Translations under genes and position numbers: made by a program | The notes under the pieces: generated by a model | Told to the model about the DNA's origin: nothing | The model's database searches: none | Seen by the model: the letters and a program-made list of their open reading frames with translations, nothing else | Shown here: piece after piece, positions 30,415 through 42,632 of the stretch | Numbering within the stretch: position 1 is the stretch's first letter | Layout: the number at the start of each line of letters is the position of its first letter | From: Piromyces finnis finn | Lineage: Eukaryota > Fungi > Neocallimastigomycota | DNA: 64,000 nt | Direction: 5' to 3' | NCBI GenBank assembly: GCA_002104945.1 | Contig: MCFH01000040.1 | Location: forward strand, 186,001-250,000

Positions 30415-31019
30415 ATATATATAAATGAATTTTTAATATATTTTGCTGATATTAAAATATTACCTCCTTTAACAATGCCAAAACGACCCTTTTTGAAAAA
30501 GCTTACTTTTTCACCAAGATTATAAATAAAAGTAAATTTTACAGTTTCTGATAAATCAACCTTTAATGTAGATCTGTATAAACAATATTGAACCTTCGAA
30601 TATTTTTTTTATTAATAAAAAAAAATTAAAGATAAATATTAAATTCATAATAATAAAAAGATGTTAATGTATATTTATTAAATACCTTTGTGTCAGATAA
30701 TGCACTTAACATTTCCTGTTAATTAACAGTTAATATATAATATATCGAAAAAATATTAATATTATCTTATCATTAAATTATTTTTTTTTAAATAAATAAA
30801 GAAAAAGATAATTTTGTAATTCTTCAATGGATGTTAAAAAAAAGTATTCAATTATCTTACTTCAACTCCTCCTTTACCAGTACTTTGTAAAGTTAATACA
30901 TTTGGATCATCATTTAAATGAGTTACACAACACCAAGTAATATCTGAACTATCATTATGAACATCTTGAATAGCTTGTTTTACTGCGCTTTCATTATCAA
31001 ATTTGACTTGAATAGACAT
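29181..31019 (-). CDS. Coactosin/drebrin-like actin-binding protein with two ADF-H domains (6 exons)
   Basis: Two repeats of the ADF-H coactosin pattern (DVHND...TW; VKFTFIY; PYHIDF and KVRNDNDPTTW; YALIRV; VKFVFIYW; KAKISVHKG; FHVDF) separated by a Pro/Ser/Thr-rich linker. Confidence 0.8.
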
Positions 31020-31855
31020 TTTTAATTATTTTATTATTATACTTTTTTTAAAAAAAAATATGTATATATATATATAATATATATAGAGAGAAAAGTGTTA
31101 AAAAATGAAAAAAAAAAAAAATAAAATAAAATAAAATGTTAATATTTATACAAATTTTCCAAAAACTATCATTTCTACTTCAAATTAACAATTTTCAATG
31201 AGACAAATTATGTTATTATAATACATAACTATTTCTATTATTAGTAATGATGGTAATATTAATATTTTTCTCAACTCTTTTCAACTTACTCAGTTTTTTT
31301 TTTTTATTTAAATGTTTATTTTACTTTACAAATTTTACCTAAAAAATTGCTCGAATATAAGAATAAAAATTATAAAAAAAAAAAAAAGTATTTGGGGGAA
31401 ACAAAAAAATAATAAATTTAAATGTTTTAAAATAATATTATATAATTATGATTTACATATAATAAATATAAAAAATTAAATTTAATTAAATTCAATATGT
31501 TATATTAAAAAGATATATACTCCATATATAAAAATAGGAAAATTATCAAAAAGATTTCTTGGTTTTGTTAAAGGAATAATTCTATTAAATAATACATAAA
31601 AGTATTTTTTTTTAAAAAACATAAAAGTTCGTTTATTTATACTATTTATTTAATATTAAATATATTTAATTGTTTGTATAATTACAAGTATTTAAATAAA
31701 ATATACTTTATTGGTATAGTATTATCCTTCAAACACCTATAATTAAAGTCAATTAGAAAATTTTAAATTGAATTGTTAAATATTTTCCACCAAATTATAA
31801 GATATATAAGATATAATTAATTATTTTTTTATTTATTTTATTATAATAATTCTAT

Positions 31856-31857
31856 AT

Positions 31858-31900
<43 letters not shown>

Positions 31901-31958
31901 CTTATGTATGTATTTATTTATTTATCTATTTACTTATTTATTTATTTATTTATTTATT
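31856..31958 (+). repeat. (TTTA)n microsatellite, slightly degenerate
   Basis: About 25 units with a few substitutions, lying between divergently transcribed genes. Confidence 0.9.
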
Positions 31959-32167
31959 TTATATAGAATTTAATTATTGATATTTACTAGTTTAATTATG
32001 AAAATCGAGTTTGAGGAATTTTGATTGGTTTAAAATGTTAAAATTTTAATTTTTTTTTTTTTTTTTAGAATTTTAAAAAATAGTTTTAAAATTTAACATA
32101 AACATATCAAGTTTATTAAAAAAGAAATTTTAAATTTATCTTTTAATAATTCAAATAAATATTCAGA

Positions 32168-34471
32168 ATGGTTCCAAAGAGTAATAATAAAAAATATTTT
32201 ATATTATAGATAAACTATTTTTTATATTATATATATAAATTAAAATTTAAGACACTTAACATTATTAACAAATTAAAATTCATAATATAATATAATCAAA
32301 ATGAAATTTTAAAGGACATAGAAGTAAACGTTTAACTCTTCATCAAAAATACAAAATTGAAAAAAGAATTAAACAACATGAAAAAAAGGCTAGAAGAGAA
32401 GCCAGAAAGCATCCAAAGAAGAGTTCAAGTAATTATTAATTCGAAATTTACAAAATATATAAATAGGTTTTCAATTTTATTGAAAAATGGAATTTATAAC
32501 AATTATTATTAATGGTTTTTCATTTTATTTTTATAAAATAATCAGAAAAAGATAAGGTTATTGGTATTCCAAACAATTTCCCATTCAAAGAAGAATTACT
32601 TTTACAAGTAGAAGAAGAAAAGAGAAGAGTAATATATCAATATAAATTTTTGAAAATGAAAATCAACTTTTCAAAGATTATAAAATAATCATTAAAAAAA
32701 AAAGTAATAGGAATTTAATATTGATTAATATATTTTTTTTAATACATCTATATTAAAGATTGAAGAAGAAAAACAACAAAGAAAGGCTGAAAGAAAAGCT
32801 GCAAAAGCACAAAATAATTTAGTATCAGCTACTACTACACCACAACCAATTGTTAAACCAGTTGTTACTAAACAAAAACAAGAATCATTAGTTGTTGATT
32901 TTATGACAGTAACTGAAAATGTAGATATTGTTCTTGAAGTCATCGATGCTAGAGATCCAATTGGTACAAGAACTGTTGAAATTGAAGAATCTTTAACCAA
33001 AGAAAATAAAATCATTATTATTGTAATAAATAAAATAGGTAATTATTCATTAAAATTTTATTAAATTTATTTATATTTGTTTCTGTAGAGAATTATTATA
33101 TTAATAAAATATTTATATAAAGATTTGGTTCCACGTGAAGTTGTTACTGAATGGGTTAAATATTTCAGTGCTGAATATCCAGTTGTTCCTGTTTATTGTG
33201 CTACTCCAGAAAACAAAAATAAGTCAGTAGGTTTAGAAACTCTCATTAAATATTGTAAAAATTATCGTGACAGCGTTAAATCAAAAATCGATTTAAAAGA
33301 AAAACCTGTTACTGTCGGTGTAATTGGTTTCCCAGGAGCTGGAAAATTCACTTTAATAGAAAGCTTAAGAAAATACCACGACAAGGAAAATGAAATCGAC
33401 ATTGAAAATTTAATTACCCTTGGTGAAAATCTTACTTTATTAGATTGTCCAGGTGTTGTTTTCGCTAAGCAAGAAGAAGATGACTCCAATATAGCAGAAG
33501 TTATGATTCGTAATTGTGTTAAGCCAAAATTAATTGAACATCCAGAAATTTGTGTTCAAACAATATTGGAAAGATGTACTAAGGATCAATTATGTAAAAT
33601 GTACAAAATTCCACCATTCATTGACTACAATGATTTCTTATTACAAGTTGGTAGAGCTAAGCATTTAGTTAAATTGGTAAGTAGTTAATTAAATATTTTA
33701 TTAATAAAAATTAGGAATTCTAATAATAATTATAAATGTTTTGATATTTTCGTTATATTAAAATAAAATATATTAAATATAATTTTTATATAAAAAAAAT
33801 AAAAATTGAAAATAACGAATAAAATCATTGAAATTAATTCAATAATCCAAAATATTAAAATAAATATTAAATTAAAATTATAAAATTAAGAATGGTAAAA
33901 TTATTATCAATGACATTGCCATTATTGTTATTACTGATTTCTTATTAAACAGAGTTCCACATTATTCTGTATTACCAAAAGATCACACTGTACCAGCAAC
34001 TACAAAAACATCTAAAGATTTAGCAAAAAAGATAGGATACAACAAGAAAGATATTGATGAAATTTTAAATAGTATCAGAAGTAAATGTCAATTCCCACAT
34101 AAGTTATATGTTATCAAGGGTTTAGATTATGCTGTAATTGATATGGACAGAGAAAATTACTTTGGTCATGATCATTCTGATGACGAAATGGAAGAAGATG
34201 AAATAGATGAAAATGAAGTTGAAGAGTAAGTAAAATAATTTTAAATTTGATATGATAAAAATTGTTTTTGATTATAGGTTTATCGGGATTTTTTTGATTC
34301 TTTTTATTAATAGAATAGAATTTTAAGCCAATTCTTTTTTTTTTAAAACAAATATCAAATATATAAACAAATGTTTAAATTTATCATAATTATTATTATT
34401 TTTATAGAATTGAAGAAGAAGATGATGATGAACCACCAATGGCTGTTCCAATAGAAGAAGATGAAGAATAA
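32168..34471 (+). CDS. GNL3/nucleostemin/Nug1-family circularly permuted GTPase with degenerate G1 and G2 motifs (multi-exon)
   Basis: N-terminal GN3L/Grn1-type SKRLTLHQKYKIEKRIKQHEKKARR...IPNNFPFKEELL; VLEVIDARDP, INKID, VGVIGFPGAGKFT and LLDCPGVV; acidic C-terminus. Confidence 0.85.
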
Positions 34472-34838
34472 AGAGTTTAAATCAAAACTACTTTAATGAA
34501 TTAATATATTCAAATAATAGAACACTATTCAAAATGCGATTAATTTATTATTTAAATCAAAAAAAAAAAAATAACTAAAATAATTAAAAAATTACCATAA
34601 TATAATAGCGCTATTTATAGTTGTTGTTTTAATTATTTAAATATGCACTTTTTATTTTATCTTAAATTATATATTTAATCATTACTTTTTAATTATAGAA
34701 TTTTTTTTTACACATTTATATTTATTATATTTTAAAATTATTTTAAAGTATTAAAAATAATAAAAAGTATTATTCCATTTAAAATAGAATAATAAAGACA
34801 TAATTTTAATATATGTTTCTACAAAATATGTGTGTCAA

Positions 34839-34947
<109 letters not shown>

Positions 34948-35189
34948 TAAGAAAAAAATTTTTTTATAATTTTAAGTTTCAAACTACACAAATTTTTATT
35001 TATTATAATAAAATTTATTTTTATTTCTTATCCTCAAAAAAAAAAAGTTACAATAAGAATAAAAAATATAATTATAAAAATATTAAAAAAATTAAATATC
35101 AAAATATATATAATTTAAAAAATAAATAAAAGAAAAATATTTAGTTATACCCTTTTTATTTTAAATAAAATAAAAAATATATATATAGA

Positions 35190-38100
35190 ATGGATATATT
35201 ACAGCCACAAACCAAATTAAATAAAACCAATCCACTCTCAAATAAATTACAAAAACTTCTCAGCATTTCATTGGAAAATGAACAAACAAAAGAAGCCTTT
35301 AAAGAATTATCTACTTTCTATACAGATAATACTGCGGTCGCTAGAAGAAATTTGATGAGTAATATAGAACAGCAAGAAATGTTAATTAATAATACATTTT
35401 TAAATTCATTAAAAAAAGTCAATGATGTAATATAAATTTCTATACTGTTATAATGTTTAAAATTTATTTTAGAAATATCTTTTTAAAAATATAAATAATT
35501 TACTAAAAATTATTAAAACTAAATGTTGATTAATTTATAATTATTTAATGTATATTTATATATATATTCCTTTCAATCTTTTAATATATAATCAATATTT
35601 AAAAAAATTTCAACATAAATTAATATTCAATAAAAACAAATATATTTATTTATTCAATGATTATGGTAATTATTTATATAGGAAATAGTATTACTAGAAA
35701 ATGAACTCAATTCAATGAATTCAATGTTTAATGAAATGGCAAACGAATTATCAGAAAAAAAAAATAGCATGAAACATATAATAAAACAAACCGATATATT
35801 GGATAAAGAAAAGTATGCAAAAAATAATTATTAATATTAAATACTGTATTTCTATATTTCTATATATTTTTATTAAGAAAAGAAAATAATGATAAAATAT
35901 TTATTTATACATTTATATAAATATTTTTTAAAAATAAAACAATTATAAATATTAATTCAAAAATACATATATTTATAAAATTGGAAATTTTTATGATAGA
36001 AAACAATTACAGTTAAAGAAAAATATTTCAGAAAATTTCTTATCAAAATTTACGTTAACAGAAGAAGAAATCCAATGTTTAACTGTAAGGGGTCCATTAC
36101 AAAAATCATTCTTTAATGCAATGCTTCATCTTCAAAAAATTATAAATGATTGTCAAATTCTTCTCATATCAAATAATCAAAATGCTGGGTAAAATAAATC
36201 ATTTATTGATATTATATTTATTTATTTATTGAATATTTATAATGAAAAAGATTTTTAAAAATATTAATTTAGAAATTTGAATTTTGTATAGAAATTTTCA
36301 TTAAAATCGAATTTCAAAATTTAAAAAATATAAACTTTATTTTTTTCATTTTATTAATATATTTTCTAATACTCATAATAAAAATAATATTTTTAGAGTA
36401 GAAATTTTGGATAAAATGTCCTCATATCAAGAAAAAGCATTTGAAAATCTATTTCATTGGGCACAAGCTGAAACTCGTATTATGACAAAAGAAAACCCAG
36501 AAATTACATCCCTATTTAGAGATACTTTAGTTATTTTACGTCAAAGACAAGTTTTATTCCAGTATGTATTGTCATTAAAAAATAAATATATAACCAATTT
36601 TGATTAATACAAATAATAAAATAAAATTATAAAATAAAAAATTAATAATCCTTGTACAATTATATTTAATATATATATATAAATTGATAGACTTTGTATG
36701 GATGAAATTGCTCAGATTAGAAGAGAAGCAATTGTAAAATCATTTATTAATGCTTTAACTGTAGGTGGTCCAGAAGGTATACCAAGACCTATTGAATTTT
36801 TTGCACATGATCCTCTTCGTTATGTAGGAGATATGTTAGCTTGGATTCATCAAACCTTAGCCAGTGAACGTGAAATGCTTCAAGGTTTATTTGATGTTAG
36901 AGGAAGTATATATCACCTATATTAAAAGAAATAACAATAATAACAATGATAATAATAATAATAAATTTTGATTTTGATTTTGATTTTGATTTGTCATGTT
37001 TCATGCTCTAATTATGCTTATAATGAAATATTATTATTAAATTAGAAAAAATGGAAGATAATGAAAATTTATCTACAAATCCAGATGATCAAAATAGTCA
37101 AGAATTTTATGATGATGCTGAAAAAATAATTTCAATTGTACCTGATAATGAAACCATTGTTGAACTTTTAAATAAAATACTAGAAGGCACTTGTAGACCT
37201 TTACAAGTAATTTTTTTTTTAAAGTATTAATTTACATTTATATATTATTGGTTTTATTAATATACATATAATATTATCTCACTTAATATATTAAACAGGT
37301 AAGAATAGAACAAATATTTAGAACAAACAATATTGGTGTAGTAGAAATCTATAGAATATATAGTCTTCTTCAATTCTATCATAATACAATTGAAAATGTA
37401 CTAGGTAGTGAAGCATTTATTAATGTCACATTACAAAAGTAAGTATTTTTTTTATCAATCAATATAAATATTTATATTATATAAGTATTATTCCACAGCA
37501 TTTCTAATAAATCTTACATTCTTTTTCCTCTTATATATTATATAATTAATTGAAGATTAATTGAAAATGCATTAGAAATATTTTATAATAATTTACGTAT
37601 ACAAGGTGAACAACTACTTGAATACAATGAAGCAATTTCTCAAGATTTACAGCCATCTTCTATTCTTAAAGAAGGAATTATGCAATTAGTAAGATAAAAT
37701 AATACAATATTATATAGAAAATAATAGAAAACATAATATTAGATATTAAGAAATAAAATATTAATATATGTTTAATATTTGTATATATATATATATATGT
37801 ATGTGTGTGTATTTTTTTAACTTGTATAAAATAGAAAAGCATTATGGCATCTTATGATACATCACTTGTTTCAAGTAATGATAAAGAAGCAGGTTTTGCT
37901 GAAATTTTATCTTTGTTAATAGATCCAATTATGCAATTTGTTGGTCTTTCTAGTACCAATTTAAATAAATATGATTCCGCTATTTATATGATTAATTCTT
38001 TAACTCTTCTTCAGGTAAGAATAATATAATTTAAATCAACATAAATATAAAGTAAATTTTATTTTTATCTTTTTCTAATTTTATACTGTTATTCTAAATT

Positions 38101-38723
38101 AAAATTATTTTATTTGTTAGTCCACACTAAATCAATATTCCTTTACTAAAAAAAGTGCAGAAAAAATTAATGTTGAAATTGGTGTATATATTGATATTTT
38201 AATTCATGAGGAATACATTAATATATTAAATCAATCTGGATTAGAATCTATTATTCATTCAATTCAAACTGCTAAACGTGAAAATGTATTAAAAAAAAAT
38301 TTTTTTTTTTTTTTAAAAAAAAAAAGTATTTTCTTACATATTCTTTATTAATATATTAATATATATATATATATATATATTTTTATTTTTAAAAAAAAAA
38401 ATTTAAAATAGAAACAACTTCAATCATTACAAGGTATGGAAATTAAAGATATTAATGAAGCAATGAAAAAGTTTGATGAATTTTTGTGCTCAGTTAGTCT
38501 TGATTTATCTAGAAATCTAATGGCCTTAAGTCAAAATGATTTAGCAATAAAGATTGGCCAAAATGGTATTTCTCAGTTCATTCAAAACTATGAGGAATTA
38601 TATAATAGCCTGATGGATCCTGCTAACAATTACATCAATTCCTCCGGCCCAGAAACACTCTCTAATTTACACACTGTAAATGAACTAAAAACTCTTTTAT
38701 GTTTAAATACTGATACTATTTAA
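35190..38723 (+). CDS. COG6: Conserved oligomeric Golgi complex subunit 6 (multi-exon)
   Basis: Hallmark [39 protein letters not shown], plus N-terminal [11 protein letters not shown]...[10 protein letters not shown]. Confidence 0.92.
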
Positions 38724-39330
38724 TTTAAATAATATAAAATAAAATAGATATTTTAATATAAAAAACTAAATAAATTAAGATTAATAATAATAAATAAATA
38801 AAATAAAAAGAGAGAGATAAAGAAAGAAAAAGAAAAAAAAAATTTACATTTTAGATTTTGTGTAAATACTAAAAATATAAAATAAAATAAAATTACCATA
38901 AAAAAATTGATAAATTATAAATTTAATAACTTTCTATTATTAATGATTAGGCCTAAACAAAATCGTTAAAATCTCATAATATATATATACAGTTATTATT
39001 ATTGTTGTTGTTGTTTTTATTTATTTAATAATTTTTGAAACCTAATTTTAAAAAAAATAGACTTTATTCATTTTTAATATTTTTATTGATTTGATTTTAA
39101 GAAGAAATTATTAAATTACAATAGAAAAAAATATTTTCCTATATTATATTATTTAATTAATGAATGAATTATAAGTAATCTTTTTTTTTTTTTTAATAAT
39201 TTCTTTTTCGTTTCTTATGTTTATTCTTTTGATTTATATATATTATATATAATGATTTATTCGTTATTTGAAATTCTATTTTCTATTTATCTACTTAATT
39301 TAATAGCAATATTTCAAAAAGATAAATTAT

Positions 39331-40523
39331 TTATCTTCTGTTCTTCATCTTCTTAGCCTTTTGTTCAAGAGTAGTATTCTTTTCTTCCTTCTTTTTTTCT
39401 TTTATGTCCTTTGGAGTAACTGGTCTTTCAGTGATAAGATTACTATTTATTAATTTTAAATATACATATAAATAAAATAAATAAAAAATTAATAAATTTA
39501 TTAAGCATTATAATTATTTATTATAATAAGAATTCTAACCCAAAAGTAGAAGCTGGAATCTTTGAATACATGTTCCATGGTCTAGCTAAATTACCCTTAG
39601 CTTCTCTTTGTAAAACATGAACTTCAACCATTGGGTGAATTAATAAAATCTTAATTGGTAAATATAATTGTAAAAGAAGAATTCTTGTCCAACCGAAAGC
39701 ATAATGTAAGAAAGAGAGAATACATAACATAATTAAAGATGAACGCAATAAAACAGCATTTTGTTTGTAATCATAATCCTTAATTGAAGTAGAAATAACT
39801 CTAACTTCACTATTTGTTTAAATTATATTATATATTAATAAATAAATGTTATAGATGTATATTATATTAATTTCAATTTATTACTTAAAATAAATAATAA
39901 ATAATTTTATTTATTACTCTTCACCAATAGCACCCATAGTTGATGAAACCTTGGTATATTGGAATTTTTGATTTTCTTTCATAAATAATAGTGTTAATAA
40001 TTGTAATATGAAAAAATAAAATTGGTTTAAAAGGATAAAATATCCAATTTTTATATTAATATTGTATATAATTACTTTTTTAATAAATAATAATATATTT
40101 AAAATAGTAAATTTACCATTTTTATTCTTAATATCAGCATGAACTAAAAACATAATAAAGAAGTTGAAACATTGAACACCATAATAGAAATATCTTACCC
40201 ATCTTATTTATTTAATAATTAATAATAAATTTTTTAGTATATAAATTCTTTAATGGATATATAAATTTTAAATTCAAATTTTATGTTTATGATTATTCAA
40301 TAAAAAGAATATTCTTACTTGACAGTGGTTGGATTATTAGCATCAATGATAATAGATGCAATACCTAACCCAGAAATAATAAGAAAATCTCTGTACTATA
40401 ATTCACAGAAAAACAAATAAAATATATCAATATTTTTTCTTTTTCTTCTTTTTCTTCTTCTTCTAATAATAATAATAATAAAAAGCAATTAATTTTATTC
40501 CTTACCTTTGCTATTCCAGACAT
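39331..40523 (-). CDS. PHO88: PHO88/SND3 family ER membrane protein (6 exons)
   Basis: Spliced protein contains STSIKDYDYKQ...LSFLHYAFGW...HPMVEVHVLQREAKGNLARPW, matching Pho88 TTVRDYD...FMHLY...VKIHLFG...LKRPF. Confidence 0.75.
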
Positions 40524-40886
40524 TTTATTTCTTAATATTATAATAACAAATAAATTAAAAAAAAAAAAAAGCATTATTAATTAGTATTTACACTCACATA
40601 AACTATTTTATTTAGTTTGTTTAAAATAAAATAAAATTACCTATTATATTATATTATATATATTATTTTAAATTATTTTAAATTATGTTTTATTTTTAAT
40701 TTTATATATATATATAATAAAAAAATTATATATATTTTTTTTTATTTTTTGTTTAAAAGAAAAAGAAAAAAAAATATCAACAATAAATATGGTGATTTTT
40801 TATATAATTAAATTTTCTTTGTTTTTCTGTAAATAATAAAAAAATTGATATTTATTTTTATATATGGAAATTTATTAAATTATTAT

Positions 40887-40887
40887 T

Positions 40888-40954
<67 letters not shown>

Positions 40955-40955
40955 T
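40887..40955 (+). repeat. (TTTA)n microsatellite
   Basis: About 17 perfect units. Confidence 0.9.
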
Positions 40956-41126
40956 TATGAGATCTATATTAGTTTATTGTAATTAATATTTTGAATTCTT
41001 TTAATTATGTAGATGTAACTCTAAATTTATTATTACCTCGATGCTCATTGGTTGGAATTATAATTAGGAATCTATAATTTGATTTTTTCATATGATTAAT
41101 ATATTATATTAAAATCAGTTTTTTAT

Positions 41127-41409
41127 TGTTAGAATATCTTAGAATAAATTAAATATGTGTTAAAATAATTTTATTTTCTGTTTAAAATAATTAATAATGT
41201 ATTAGTAAATGTATTAATAATAATTAGTAGTGTATTAGTAATTCACATGTTCTAAGAACATTTATTAGCAATAGTTTTTAGTTTTATAACTAGCCACATT
41301 TTATAGTATAAATTTATTCAATTTCTCATTAATTAATTCTTTGTAATTACCATAATCTATTAATATTAATAATAAAATTAAACTATATTTTTAATAAAAT
41401 ATTTTAACT
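41127..41409 (+). repeat. Possible 5' LTR of the copia-like host element
   Basis: Begins TGTTAGAATAT and ends ATATTTTAACT (imperfect terminal inverted repeat) 40 bp before the gag ATG. No partner LTR in the window. Confidence 0.3.
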
Positions 41410-41979
41410 AATAAAAGATTAAGAGTCTCAATTCCTCTTTATTTACGACATGTCTCAAGAATTAAAACTCCAACCTGAAGAACGTCTTAACAAAGATAAT
41501 TTTGAAGAATGGGAATTCCTTATCAACAACATTCTCAAATCCAAGAAAATCTTAAGCTATGTTAAAACTAATAAAATTGAAGAACTTAAGAAAAAGCTTG
41601 AAACTGAAAAAGGGAATACCATCCAAAACAAACAGGCTATAAAAGAAATGGAAGAAGAGATCGATGAAGCAGAAGCAATGGATGCACTAGCTTGCACGAT
41701 CATTAGCACCAACGTTTCAAAGGAAGTGCTAGATTATATCAAGAGATTATCATCAGCTTATGATATTATGAAAAAGCTGAAATCTATGTATGGCAAAAAG
41801 AAATCTGCTGATATTCAATATTGGATGAAGAAGATGTACTCTTTAAAGGCTACGGATCTTTCCGAATGCAAAGATGTAATAAATCAAATTAAAGAGATTT
41901 TTGATATTATGTCAAGAAGTAATGCAAATCTTGGAGATTGGTAAAAGATTAGAGTTTTATACTTATCATTCCCTAAAAC

Positions 41980-42390
41980 TGTAAAGAACTAATGTTCAAT
42001 AAATAAAAACACAAATATATAAAAAGGAAAATAATAAAAGCAAATAAAAATTTTATTATTGAACACTTAACAAAATTATAACAGGTTAGTGTTTAATAAT
42101 TTTATTTTTATTATAAAATTTCTTTGTTAATAAAAACTCGAATTCCAAATAATTTTTTGAGAAATTTCACTCGTATTTATATAAATGTTTTTAAAAGTAA
42201 ATTTATAAAAATTTTACAACTTAATTTTTTAAGCCAATCAGAAATTATCTTCTTTGGTAAAATTTCGTTATAAAATATTTTAATAAAAAAAAAAAAAAGA
42301 TATTAATGAGGTTTCGAACTCGAGTAGTTCAAACCAAGGTCTTAGTTACTAACCACTAAGACAGGTTACTAATTTCTATGATTCGTTACA
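41980..42390 (-). repeat. 3' LTR of element A
   Basis: Identical by eye to 47700-48110. Confidence 0.97.
42307..42363 (-). promoter_or_regulatory. tRNA-like A-box/B-box module in U3 of LTR A (second copy 48027-48083)
   Basis: Minus strand TGTCTTAGTGGTTAG...GAGTTCGAAACC with tRNA-like spacing; a T14 run follows about 12 nt downstream. Confidence 0.6.
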
Positions 42391-42488
42391 TGGTCCTCCT
42401 CCAGGATTCGGATACCAGACGAATCAACTAAATTTATTTGTTACTTTATTATAAAAGAAATAATTGAAACGAGTGAATACATTTTGAA

Positions 42489-42529
<41 letters not shown>

Positions 42530-42632
42530 TGAATATTAAATTATAAATATATTTTTTCATTTTCTATTTTCTATTTTCTATTCTCTTTTTCTCTTATCAA
42601 TTACTAATTTTTTTTTAAATTAATAACTATTA

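Noticed and set aside
41417-41428. Half-tRNAiMet PBS for the copia-like element (GATTAAGAGTCT)
   Set aside because: Only about 8/12 match to the expected GGTTATGAGCCC and the LTR boundary is uncertain; too weak to call.
42290-42375. Functional tRNA gene in LTR A or D
   Set aside because: No acceptor stem and no conserved anticodon stem; only the boxes and a D-arm-like hairpin are retained.
42391-42402. TGGTCCTCCTCC directly after an LTR, resembling a tRNA PBS on the + strand (also 57736)
   Set aside because: The ORFs are on the minus strand, so this is the complement of the PPT at the 3' LTR.
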